Of a stretch of 64,000 bases of DNA, positions 1 through 11,217 are shown one piece after another. The stretch covers positions 76,274 to 140,273 of the forward strand of contig JBNGIO010005847.1 in the NCBI GenBank assembly GCA_049999805.1. The letters are read 5' to 3'. The stretch's first letter is position 1; each line of letters opens with the position of its first letter. The notes under the pieces are model-generated. The model ran no database searches. It saw only the letters and a program-made list of their open reading frames with translations, and was not told where the DNA came from. The position numbers were made by a program, and so were the translations under genes. Source of the DNA: Folioceros fuciformis (lineage: Eukaryota).

Positions 1-1015
1 CGGGCATATAGGGTTTATCCCCTTAATAAATATTTAAATAGCCGCATGCTAAAGACCTAGCTAATCGTCATTACCGAATCGGCACAGGTCGTGTTGGTTA
101 GGGTAGTAGTCGCGACCTCTCGTAGACAAATCTGCTGGCTTTGTATACCCCGCTTGCATGAGCTTAATGTAATCTTTTCTTTCTGCTCTCGTATGCTCTT
201 AGTTCCTCAATCTCCTACTTGCCATACCGCGATAGGTCAGGTTTACAGTTTGGTGTTTCTTTCAAGCTTGTTTGCCTAATGCAGATTGTTGGGATGGGCT
301 TCTTGTTGCAACGGGGAGGACGTGTGTCGATTGTGCACCGCTAGTGCCCCGAACAAGAGTCAACACATGTTCTTTCACTGCTGCTTTGCCCAAGAGATCT
401 GGGGGGAGGTGGATCGGTGGCTTCGATTGATTTTTCCTAGAGCTAGCCTCAAGATCACGAGTCAATTAGCCTTATTTGGGCTGGACGTAGCCTCGGGCAA
501 ACCTCTCCTGAAGGCCCAATGGTGGGGCTTATTGTGGTCCTCTTGTCTTTTCTATCTCTGGGTCAATTGGTCTGCGGTGGTTTATGGAGGACAGGAGTCA
601 GCTTCAGTGAAAGCTCTATTATGGCGCATATGGGACCATTTATTGATTGCAGCAGAAGCCTTGGAGCAATCACGCCGGAAGCAATTTAAGCGGAAAGACT
701 AGAGGATGGCCGGCTTCCTTTCGCTTGGGAAAGATACGGGTTGGAATCACTCATGCCCCTTGGGGAAGGTGAGCCTTTAGGGTCTTTGAGAAACTTTGAA
801 GTGTGTGTATCAGTGTTTTAGGCAGGCGGCGGGTACCATAGTGTAGGGGAGCACTCTCTGTGCGCCTTGTCTTGAGTTTTGGACTTAAGGCTAGTCCTCC
901 CCCCTCTCTTTTGGCGCTTGATATATGTACAGTCGTTAGCAAAGGGTTCCCATTGTATTGTAAGTGGTAGGAGTCTTCCACCTATAATCAGAATTATTTT
1001 CTTTGCGAAAAAAAA
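1..1015 (+). mobile_element. Degraded non-LTR (LINE, L1-like) retrotransposon 3' end with zf-RVT domain and short poly(A) tail
   Basis: ORF 286-702 has a CxxC...H...C zinc finger (CRLC...QHMFFHCCFAQEIW) and the Trp-rich tail typical of plant L1 ORF2 C-termini. The upstream frame is broken by stops. An A8 run at 1008-1015 abuts copia sequence. Confidence 0.7.
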
Positions 1016-2240
1016 TGTGTTAGAGAAGCATACTCACTCTCAGTTGAGCTAAGAGACACACTTTGTTGTTTCTTACATGTCCATGAAACTACAGCACCAC
1101 ACAAGGTAAAACAATAGCTAGATAGGCTTTTCCTCCTGATAGGATCAGCTGCCCAATTAGCATCAGACCAACCCTCAAGTAATAGCCTTCCTGTTCCTGA
1201 TCGCTTATATTGAAGTCCTATATGAAGGGTCCCAGACAGATAACGATAGATGCGTTTTACAGCAACCCAATGAGCTAAACTAGGATTAGAAAGGAATTGC
1301 GATACAATAGAAACAGCATGAGTGATATCAGGACGAGTCCAGCCACTAAGGAAGAGTAAACATCCTACTACCTCCCTATAAGGTGTGTGAAGCATCCTCT
1401 CTCGTTCCTCCTCTATAGGTGGGCTGTCCTGAATAGATAAGACTTGTCTAGCTACAAGGGGAGTAGCTGTAGGACAAGTTGCCTCAAGCTTGAAACAATT
1501 AAGAAGCTCTTTAACATATTTGGTTTGATAAATACTAAGTGTACCTTTTGCCCTATTCCTGGCAATTTGAACTCTAAGACAATAGGTAAGAGTCCCAATG
1601 TTCTTCATCTTATACTTGGAACTAAGAGTGGTCTTCACTTTTGATAATAACTCGTGGTTATTAGTAGCAATTATGATGTCGTCTACATATAAAGCAATAA
1701 TAACCAGCTTTTCATCTTTGCGGAGGAAGTATACATTGTCATCAGAATTACAACGAACAAAGCCAATCTCAATAAGAGTACCATCAATATCAGCATACCA
1801 CTTCAAAGGAGATTGCTTGAGTCCATAAATACACCTTAAGAGTCTACAAACTAAGTCCTTTGTTTTAGGATCTATAAACCCTTCGGTTTGTTCCATGTAA
1901 ATCAGCTCCTCTCATTTACCATATAGAAAAGCAGTTGTAACATCCATTTGTTGTAAGTCTAGATCTAACTCAATTGCTAAGGCTAACAAGTATCTTATAG
2001 TCTGCAACTTAATTACAGGTGAAAATGTCTCATAATAATCAACACCCAGAACTTGGCTATACCCCTTAGCACACAAACGTGGCTTGTAATGTTCTACACT
2101 ACCATCTGCTTTCAATTTAATGCAAAACACCCACTTACATTATATAGGCTTTCTACCATAAGGAAGCTTAACTAATTCCCAAGTATTATTTTCTATTAAA
2201 CTATTATACTCGGACACAATAGCTGCCTCCCACTCTCCTT
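1016..2240 (-). mobile_element. Ty1/copia retrotransposon pol pseudogene (RT plus start of RNase H)
   Basis: Motifs KPRLCAKGYSQ..GVDYYETFSPV, QMDVTTAFLYG, YGLKQSP, LYVDDII, TRPDI, SDANWA and KKQQSVSLSSTESEY. In-frame stop near 1912. Truncated at 1016. Confidence 0.95.
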
Positions 2241-2914
2241 ATCAGGTCATGAGAACATTGTGGTGATAGCATGATGGAATAGCATGATGGAATATACCAG
2301 GTTTGAAAATGATACACAACACCAAGAAATTTAAAGAGCATGTTGGCCACTTATCAACATGAATGCCTTCCTCGAACATTGTGGGCTAACCACTTGCATT
2401 CATACTATAAGTGCAAAGGAAAAGAAATTGCATCCACAATATAGAATGTGAATGTACAACTTCCCAAAAAAGGATGCTAGCCTGATATTTGCTTTTGACA
2501 AGATTTGAGAGTTCATAGATAGAAGGGCTATTCTAAGACATAAGTAGTTGGTTCAGGCAAATTCTAAGGTAGAAGTATGTAGTTGGTTTCAGCAAATTCC
2601 TTGCACACATGGCTAGTAAGATTGAGGAAAGGGAGTTACACATGAGGACAAATGTGTGGCGACCGTTATATACATAGTTTAGCAAGAAGAATGGACTCCT
2701 TGATCATTTCAAGAGTTAAGGTGCTCGCAACCATATTCTTGACCAAGGGGCTATGAGGAAGTTGGTAGGCTTATCTTGAGAAGTCATGTATACATATCCA
2801 AGGATTCAAATCCACAAATCTATTGCATGTGTCCAAAGCTTTCTTACCATTTAGATCTTCCATGTGGGTTTGGGTCCATGCTTCAAATGCTTAAGAAAAG
2901 TCTCAAGCTTCGAT

Positions 2915-3415
2915 TGCACTTGAACAATGCACTATCATGAGCTCGATCAAGGGCAATGTTCTATCACAAGCTCGAGTGAAGCTTGCCCTTGAATAATGCA
3001 CTGTCACGAGCTCGAGTAGAGCTTGCCCTTGAACAATGCACTATCACAAGCTTGACATCGACCTTGCTCTTGAACAATGCACTATCACAAGCTTGACACC
3101 GACCTTGCCCTTGAACAACGCACTATCACAAGCTTAACATCGACCTTGCCCTTGAACAATGCACTATCACGAGCTCAATATCGAGCTTGCTCTTCAACAA
3201 TGCTTTTTCGCAAGCTTGCTTGCCCTTGAACAATGCACTATCGCAAGCTCAACATCGAGCTTGCCCTTGTACAATTTGCTATTCGACATTGAGCTTGCCC
3301 TTCAACAATGCACTATCACAAGCTCAACACCGAGCTTGCCCTTGAATAGTGCACTATCACTACATCAACATCAAGCTTGCCCTTAAACAATGCTCTTGCT
3401 CTTGAAAAGCACATT
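2915..3415. repeat. 41-bp minisatellite, about 11-12 degenerate copies
   Basis: Unit CTTGCCCTTGAACAATGCACTATCACAAGCTTGACATCGAC. GAACAA recurs at 3031, 3072, 3113 and 3154 (period 41). Confidence 0.9.
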
Positions 3416-4689
3416 ATCACATTAATTATCCCTCACCCCATTAACCATTCCATAACCAAGTGAAATGACAAGCATATGAATTCCATTGTAGTAATTGTAC
3501 TAATTTATAAAATAACTCCATAAAAGTTATCTCTATTCATACTTTACTTAAGGTCTAGTAATGCATCAACCCAAATTATATAACTGTCCGAAGATGTGGA
3601 CAGAAGAGGCCTTACAATCCTGTAAAATTGACAGATTCATGATTATAAAGAGAATGTCAGATAAAATTTGCAAATGTTCTAGTCCATTGGTGCAATGAGA
3701 CAAACCTAAGGCTGCGTTTCCACTAGGTTTGTACCCACCAAAAGATGTGTTGGGATTGGTCCACCTTGTTTCATGCGTTTTTCACTAGGTTTGTACCACC
3801 AGCATGACCCTTACAGGTGGTCCATATATGGACATACTAGATGTGTCAGGTTTGTACCTACGCCAAGCGTAGGCACACCCCTATTTTTTCGGAAGAAGCG
3901 GTGTGGACTAATGGGGCTTCACCATATTGATTGACTTAGTAATTTTTGGGTCCCAAGATTATTTTGTCAATTTACCCCATGTGAAAGCATCTTGGTGCGG
4001 CCTATAACCTAGTCGGATAGTGGTGGCTAGCAAGGTAGAGCACCTAATTGCAAGCCATCCGGATGGCACACATTCCTGCTGATTGGAGCTCTTTGGAACT
4101 AGGATTGCTCAATGACCTGTTCGGTCATCGGCACTCGGCTAACCCCATTGGCCACGAGTCTATTTTAGTATCAGCATGGGAATTTCAACAGCTCCCTTAT
4201 CAGGGATTGCATGCCCCAAACGTTTTTTGTGCCATTCATCCTTACTTTGGGCCACCATGGAGGAGAATCATCTGCATATGCTTCTCAATCAACCGGTCCA
4301 ACATAGTCGAAGCTCTAGAATAGTAGCTCATAGCCAAGTACTTCAAAAGCAAGAAGGAAGAGGCAAAGTAAAGAGGAGAGCGAGACACCAAAAGAAGACA
4401 CAAAACGAAGTCGTGGATATAATTGGAAGAACCATTGGACCATAAATTTGATACACATGCGGGGTGCTATGTATCAAGAGTTCTTGAGGCAACCAAAGCA
4501 AGGTGAGAAGCTTTCACTTCAGTGGACTGTAGGTTTTTGAGTGTGGGGCATCATCAAGCTCTCAAATGTTAATGCTTGCCTACGCTTGGCAGAGCTATCT
4601 ATAGGGGGTGTGTGTCGAAATGCATTCTACAAAATCTTTTGAGTGTAGACAAATGTGGCAATGTATAGGCTTTCAGGAATATTTAACTA

Positions 4690-4860
4690 ATATTTCATGT
4701 GTCTTGTTCCACAGGGGTAGACAAATGGTAGAGTGTCTTAATAAAGCTAGAAGGAGCTTACCCCAACTTCGACAAGGATGCTCCAGCATGTCGCAAATGT
4801 AGAAGGATGTATACAATGACTACAAGACTGATTGCATGTGAAATGTATCTGCAGCTGCAA
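4690..4860 (+). pseudogene. Remnant of Harbinger Myb/SANT-like DNA-binding ORF
   Basis: Frameshifted segment reads GVDKW...FDKDAPACRK/KDVYNDYK, resembling the last helix of trihelix/Myb-SANT domains. It sits opposite the transposase, as expected for Harbinger. Confidence 0.35.
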
Positions 4861-4984
4861 CCCAAGATAAGTGTTAGTTTTTTATTTAGTTGATATGTAC
4901 ATGCATGATAGGCCCCATGTGCAATGTGAGGTCCATACTGATTCTAATGGTGAGGGTCTTGTGGGTTCTAGATCTAGTAAAGAG

Positions 4985-5074
4985 GATAATGTTGATGTTA
5001 TAGTTAGACCATGACGTTGAAGCATTAGGTGATAATGTTGATGTTATAGTTAGACCATGACGTTGAAGCATTAG
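4985..5074. repeat. 46-bp tandem duplication
   Basis: GATAATGTTGATGTTATAGTTAGACCATGACGTTGAAGCATTAG at 4985 and 5031. Confidence 0.9.
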
Positions 5075-5619
5075 TTGCTACAAGAAAATGCACACATGGG
5101 GGCGCGAAAGGCAAATGAGCTTATTTAAGGTATAAATAGCTGAGGGCCAAAATTCAGAAGATAGTGAAGGAGATATAGGATAAAAAATTGTCTTTCATGG
5201 AAAGCATGGCACAGACCATGTCATCTATTTGTAGTTGTTTTGCAAAGCTACTTGGCATCATCAAAAGCCAATGGAAATTGAGTTTCAAGAATCTAAGGAC
5301 TCTAGTGAATTGAAATACTATGGGAATGCATCTCTCATCCTGTGTTTCCAATGTGGCTCATATAGAGAAGAGAGCCAGACCTCTAGCACGCCCTTCCAGC
5401 TCATCATTACCGTGCACGGTACTCAATGTTTGTCTAGCATGTCCACTCTTACTTGAACTTGCTAGGCCAACTTCAAGTAAAGCTTGATGAACATCTCTGC
5501 TTGCCTCTCGTGTTACATTTTGTTCGGAAAGACTTTGCCCAAGGTCCTCTATGCCAACATCATCATTCAAAGCATCTTCGGCTTACAAGACCCCCTATTC
5601 TTGAAACTTCAAATTATGT

Positions 5620-6430
5620 ACCAACTATATGTTATGTAGCACAAAATGCATAGACACAACGGAAGGCATGTGTTCTTAGCTATGTTGCACCTTTTCAATA
5701 GAATTCAGAATCTGCACTTTAGCATTCTAAGGGCCCTTTCCACACACATTCTACTATTAGATTGTACAAAATTCCAGTATGCTTGCTCTATAGCAATCCC
5801 ATCTTTGCTTCCGTGGAAGGGAGTGAACATGCATAGTTGGGCCTAGTACCTAGCATCTCCAAGTAAGGCATATTCTCCGAGAGCCCCTTGCTCATACACC
5901 TCTCCTATATGTGGCTGCTTGAAAAGACTCTAGTCATTAAAACTCCCACACCAACCATAATCCCAAATGAAACCCTTAGTATTAACCACTAGCTGAAGTA
6001 AGTACTAATAATAGCCTTTTCGGTTATAATAATCAGCAGCATTGTGTTTTGGGCCAAGTATGGGTATGTGAGAACCATCAATGGCACCAACTACATATGA
6101 ATGCCACGAACATCTTGAAACTCTTGTGTGTACCTTTGCATGGTTGCCTCAGAAGGAAACTTAATGTAGTCATCATGCAACTCCTTTCGCATAGCTTTAC
6201 AGAAGTCCAACACAACCCTATGCGCAGCGGTGACACCAATTGAAGACACATAAGTAATGACTATCAAATGACAAGTAACAGCCAACTTGTAGAATGCCAT
6301 GGCCACGTTCTTGTCCATTGGTATGGCTTAATAGAACTTAGGATCTTGTTTCTTCAAGTGGGGAGCAACAGATCTACATAAGTACTCAAATGGATGCCAG
6401 TTACCTCGCATATGAGAGATGAACATGTCC
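5620..6430 (-). pseudogene. Harbinger/HARBI1-like DDE transposase (DDE_Tnp_4) pseudogene
   Basis: Minus strand, read across stops and frameshifts: VAMAFYKLA, YIKFPS, VGAIDGSHIPI, DYYNRKGYY, LLGDARY, WNFVQSNSRMCVERALRMLKCRF. These cover the D-D-E motifs of PIF/Harbinger transposases. Confidence 0.9.
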
Positions 6431-6514
6431 TTAGTATATAAGCCCAACAATGTGTTCCCAAACAAGTCGCTGGGTCTTGGAAATGCCCAAGTTTGAAGTA
6501 CCTCCGCAAACCAA

Positions 6515-6743
6515 ACTAATGCCCATCCATAAGTAACAATTATAAGTTAGATACATAATGTTGGTAATATGCATGAAGTAGAAGTAAAGACTAATGCCCA
6601 TCCATAAGTAACAATTATAAGTCAGATACATAAGGTTGGTAATATGCATGAAGTAGAAGTAAAGACTAATGCCCATCCATAAGTAACAATTATAAGTAAG
6701 ATACATAACGTTGGTAATATGCATGAAGTAGAAGTAAAGACTA
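6515..6743. repeat. 75-bp tandem repeat, 3 copies
   Basis: ACTAATGCCCATCCATAAGTAACAATTATAAG... at 6515, 6590 and 6665. Confidence 0.95.
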
Positions 6744-6984
6744 GGTTGTGGAGGCTTCTAAAAAATACTACTATGGATAGCCATGAGAAAAGAGAGGACC
6801 AAATAAATGTAAAGTCATCCATCACAAACACCCTTAAGAATCCCTAAAAAGTACCAAGCCTCATAAGAACAAAAACCCTATGATGAAAGACCAATGTGCA
6901 AATACCTCATTTGGAAACTTACAAAATAGTGTGGTCCCTATTAAATAAATCATATAATAAAATTATATAGTAGATACGTGAATG

Positions 6985-7360
6985 AGTGATATAAAGGTGT
7001 ATAAAAGTATATACATAGATAAGTGATACAAAAATATATACAAGATAGGTGATATAAAAGTGTATAAGTAAATAGGTGGTATAAAAGTATATAGGTAAAT
7101 AGGTGGTACAAAAGTATATATAGGTGATACAAAAGTATATACGTGGATAGACGATATAAGAGTGTATGCGTGGATAGACGATATAAGAGTGTATGCGTGG
7201 ATAGACGATACAAAAGTGTATGCGTGGATAGGTGGGACAAAAGTGTATGCGTGGATAGGTGGGACAAAACTGTATGCGTGGATAGGTGGGACAAACGTGT
7301 ATCCGTAGATAGGTGGGACAAACGTGTATCCGTGGATAGGTGGGACAAACATGTATACGT
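6985..7360. repeat. 27-bp minisatellite, about 13 copies
   Basis: Unit GTGTATGCGTGGATAGGTGGGACAAAA. CGTGGATAG at 7142, 7169 and 7196. Copies become more AT-rich leftward. Confidence 0.9.
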
Positions 7361-7396
7361 AGACGGCTTGTAACCGTCCTGGACGACGAACACGTA

Positions 7397-7575
7397 GAAA
7401 CCGGTCTAACACCCGGTTGTATCACCGCCAGATGGATACAAACCGATCTGACACCCGGTTGTATCACCGCTAGATGGATACAAACCGATCTGACACCCGT
7501 TTGTACCACCGCTAGATGNNNNNNNNNNGATGGATACAAACCGATCTGACACCCGTTTGTACCACCGCTAGATGG
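7397..7575. repeat. 42-bp tandem repeat, at least 4 copies, spanning a 10-N assembly gap
   Basis: GATGGATACAAACCGATCTGACACCCGGTTGTATCACCGCTA at 7431, 7473 and 7529. N gap at 7519-7528. Confidence 0.9.
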
Positions 7576-7795
7576 GACCGGAGCCTGAGGCAAACGACAA
7601 TTCCACCAGGACGGCCTGTGGCACACTCTACCACTTATGCTGTGCAGGTCTGGCTGTGGTTTGACAGTGGAGGCCATCCAGTAGAAGAGGCGTGTCGTGC
7701 CAATACGTCAAGACAAGGAAGGCCCCAGCCACAATCGAACCTCGACAACTTAGGAGCACCCCTTCCGCAGAAACCAGAGCCCGAGGTTCAATATT

Positions 7796-9902
7796 TTACA
7801 CTACCATTCGTACGATCTTGGCAATGAAGAGGCCACTGGTACCCGACGTCTGGGGATCGAAACGTATAGTGTTCGCAATGGTTCCGCTTCTACAAGGCCA
7901 AGGCCTGCAGACGTTGATCGCCCGCAATTCTGTGAAAAAGAACCCACATCAAAAGTTACTGTCCCTCGGAATAGGTTAACTCAACATGCAGATTTGGTGG
8001 ACGTAGTTTTCACCTGCGAGGGGTTGAGAGACCAGAAATTGCTCCACAACACCTTCATTCTGAGCCTCGGTCAAACTGGAAACAGACAAGGACAATACTT
8101 GTCAAGCAGAAATCCACGATGACCAAAAGAAGGTGCCGGTCGGGCGACTATAGAACATACCTGCAGGTACTGTAAACTAGAGTGCCACCAGGCTTCAAGA
8201 GCCTGAACCCATTTGCCAGGAGTTTAAACTGCTTCAGATAACACATGGTTTACCATGAAACTGAACAGATAATTAAGGCCAAATCTGGCAGGAAACAATT
8301 TTCCCACAGGCGCGAGAAGAGGCTTGCCTGTAGACGAGTGATGGTTGACAGGCGTTCAGGATTCAGGAAGCGTCGCTCAAATGTGTCCCAACCCCACTCA
8401 TTATACTTCAGGATATGCTTGATAGAGCCGTCATGCGTGCACTCTGCATCCACTAAGACCTACGAAGACAGGATACACGAGACTGATTTAGCAAATAACA
8501 CGTCAAGTTTGTACTCACGTCCCAGATGTTGGAGGAGAGAATACCTTGTCGTAGCACAAAAGGGGATCTTCAATCCCCTCCTCCAAACTGTGTTTAAAGA
8601 TATCGGACACTGCCCTTCCTACAACACCAGACTCTTTGCCATAGAAGAACAGCTCAGGACGCCCACTTTCAGGTTGAAAGAGCTTCGCCCTCCTTGCAGC
8701 TCTCCTTTCTTTCTTCGTTTTTGCACTGGTCCATTCCCCAAAAATGCTGGTCGTGTGACTGACTGAACATGGAACGTAAGCCATAATTTGATTCATTGCA
8801 TTTCTCTTTGCAGGCAACCTACTGAAAGACGTGCGAACTTCAACAAATTAGTCCGGTTTTCACCTGAGCTCAGTGACCCACGCCCTCCTGCTGAGTCTGT
8901 CACGCTGGATGCAAACGGTTCTGAGGTCGAAGGGCTTTGCAGGGGAAGCAGTGAAAATGTCGTTCCGTCGGACAAGAACAGCCGGCATCTACTGCCTAGT
9001 TCATACTTCCGCAGCATTGTCCGACAAGCAGCCAGCCGGGGCTGAGAAACATCAGTGGCAGTTAATGTCCCAGAGCTTCCCAGGAGCTCAGCAATCATAC
9101 AAAGCTTTGCTCCTGCATATCACTGAGCACGTTAGTCATGGTTCCTCAAGCCAAACATACACTGTATCATCTCAAGACTCTTGATACAAGAACCAGTACT
9201 TCGGTAAACAGAACAGTACAGGACAGTTCGGATTCACCAGGAGCTGCACAAAGGTCAAGAACATGATCGGCAGGAGAGATGTCCAGAGCAGTCACTGCTG
9301 CTCCTGATGCTACATCCATCCCAAATATCTACAAGAAGACCACAAGCACTACCCACGTCAACCACATACTCCTGCGCACGTCCAAGTACCTATCTCCACA
9401 AGAGAGAAGAAACATACTTTTCCCTGCTGATATGCCTGTGTTTCTGCTATACGTGTTGCAGGAGGGATGCAGAAAAACCCTGGCATCCATTCGACTGGAG
9501 ACAACTTTTCACCTAGCTCTTCCTCGACACTGCCGATATCAGCATAGCAATGTGCCCTCAACCTGATCCGGCACAGCAAGAAGGTCTGAGTCACCCGGCA
9601 ATCGCATCTCATGGAAAATTTTAAAAAAGTCCAAAGGCAACCTTAAACCCTGGGCTCAAAACCCTGGATCGGGTCTACCTGATGTAGCGGGGCAAGGTGT
9701 GTGCAGTCCCGTATACACGGGGATCCAGTCCATTCTGTTCCAGAAACCGCTTGAACTCGGGGGGGAAATCCATGCTCTTAGGCCCCAAAGTCCTGAATTT
9801 GCCACCATTTGAGGGTCCTACATGGCACGCGTCTATAGGGCAATCCTTGACGGGAGACTTTTTCTCCTCAGCAATGATGACAGTCTGAGCATCTCCGTCC
9901 AT
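7796..9902 (-). CDS. NOL1/NOP2/Sun (RsmB/RsmF-like) RNA m5C methyltransferase, multi-exon
   Basis: Exons give FKRFLEQNGLDPRVY...PRYIR, HVLDLCAAPG (SAM motif), YDKV/LVDAECTHDGSIKH, YSTCS, QNEGVVEQFL and RFDPQTSGTSGLFIAKIVRMVV*. The start could be 9902 or 9773. Confidence 0.88.
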
Positions 9903-10392
9903 GCAGGGCACCATTCCCAGTTCTCCAAACCCCCAAAGCTGATGCCTTGATAGAGCTTCCTCCCCATCATGCCTTATGCATCTAACTTGGCCAGTCGATA
10001 CGCCCTTGCTCCAAGATACGGACCAACATTGAGTGGTGGCCGACGGAAATCGGAACGCAGCTTCAAATATCTGCCCCGGGGTCGCCCAAACCAAATTCAT
10101 GCGCATAGAAGGGAAACCAAACTACATGGACAACATTTCACCTTACGTCAGGACGAGATCACTGATCGACGCGCTGCGCCAACCCTACTATTCACTGAGA
10201 GCTCTCGTAAAAGTGCGCTCGGGGATCCACCAAATGCACCTACGCTTTTCGTGTCCGCTCAGCCTTGAAGCATGGACATTCGGCTCCTGGCGAGTTCTCA
10301 CGTGGGCAGAGTGAAGGAATCGCGACGATGACAAGTTTGCAATCCCACCATTATTGTCAAACCATGGCGTTTTCCTTCCTCTCACATTCCTC

Positions 10393-10917
10393 TATATGCA
10401 GTCCCTGTTCAGGCTTTACCGACAGGGACGATACAGGGGTTGAAAGGGCAAATACCACGGCGTTTTAGTCTACTGCTATCCCACCATATGCAGTCTCTGT
10501 TCAGCTGTCCGCAGACAGGGACGATACAGGGCAAATACCACGGCTATTTAGTCTACTACTATCCCACCATATGCAGTCCCTATTCAGCTGTCCGCAGACA
10601 GGGACGATACAGGAGATGGCAAGGCACACCGGTAAATGCCATGGCCACTTAGTCTACTACTATCCCACCATATGCAGTCCCTGTTCACCTGTACACAGAC
10701 AGAGACGATACGGTACCGTACCATTTATGGCACAGCCATAACTGCCATGGTAATGTAGTCTACTATCATCCCACCACATGCAGTCCCTGTTCAGCTGCGC
10801 ACAGACAAGGACGATACGGTAGATGGTAAGGCACAGCCATAAATGCCATGGTAATCTAGTCTACCATTATCCCACCATATGCAGTTCCTGTTCAGCTGCG
10901 GACAGACAGGGACGATA
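10393..10917. repeat. Tandem array of 6 units (first partial) with a ~62-nt conserved hairpin core and variable-length linkers
   Basis: Core TAGTCTACTACTATCCCACCATATGCAGTCCCTGTTCAGCTGTCCGCAGACAGGGACGATAC starts at 10466, 10549, 10650, 10756 and 10857 (periods 83/101/106/101). Confidence 0.9.
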
Positions 10918-11217
10918 TGGGGTTTGGTTCCTGGGCACGCTCTTGGGGCATTCAGCATTCCTTTCTTCGCAGCACATCCTTGTTGTTGATCTTCAACACA
11001 CCGGACACCTGCGCTTTGCAGGAGCCTATCACCAGTTGAGCCCGCACCCATTTTATACCTAGCTCGCCTCCCAACCTGCAACCTCGTTCACCTACAATCC
11101 CGTTACCATTTCCTTGAAAAGAAGCACCTCCTCTACTTCCTATTTTCGGACGTGACTGCAGCCAAGAGGACGACTTAGGTTTAGAGACGGAAGGGGCGTT
11201 AGCAGAATTTATTTGGA

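Larger units (their letters stand above)
3710..7364. mobile_element. Decayed PIF/Harbinger DNA transposon (boundaries approximate)
   Basis: TAA (3707-3709) followed by a Harbinger-like terminus GGCTGCGTTTCCACTAGG. Contains a transposase pseudogene and a Myb/SANT-like remnant in convergent orientation. Degenerate inverted match to the left end at about 7339-7364. Confidence 0.6.

Noticed and set aside
6919..7677. Repetitive ORFs in all three minus frames
   Set aside because: These are translations of the 27-bp and 42-bp minisatellites, not genes.
10393..10917. CRISPR array interpretation of the repeat-linker structure
   Set aside because: The linkers are homologous to each other (AAATACCACGGC / AAATGCCATGG), the repeats are long and degenerate, there are no cas genes, and the context is eukaryotic.
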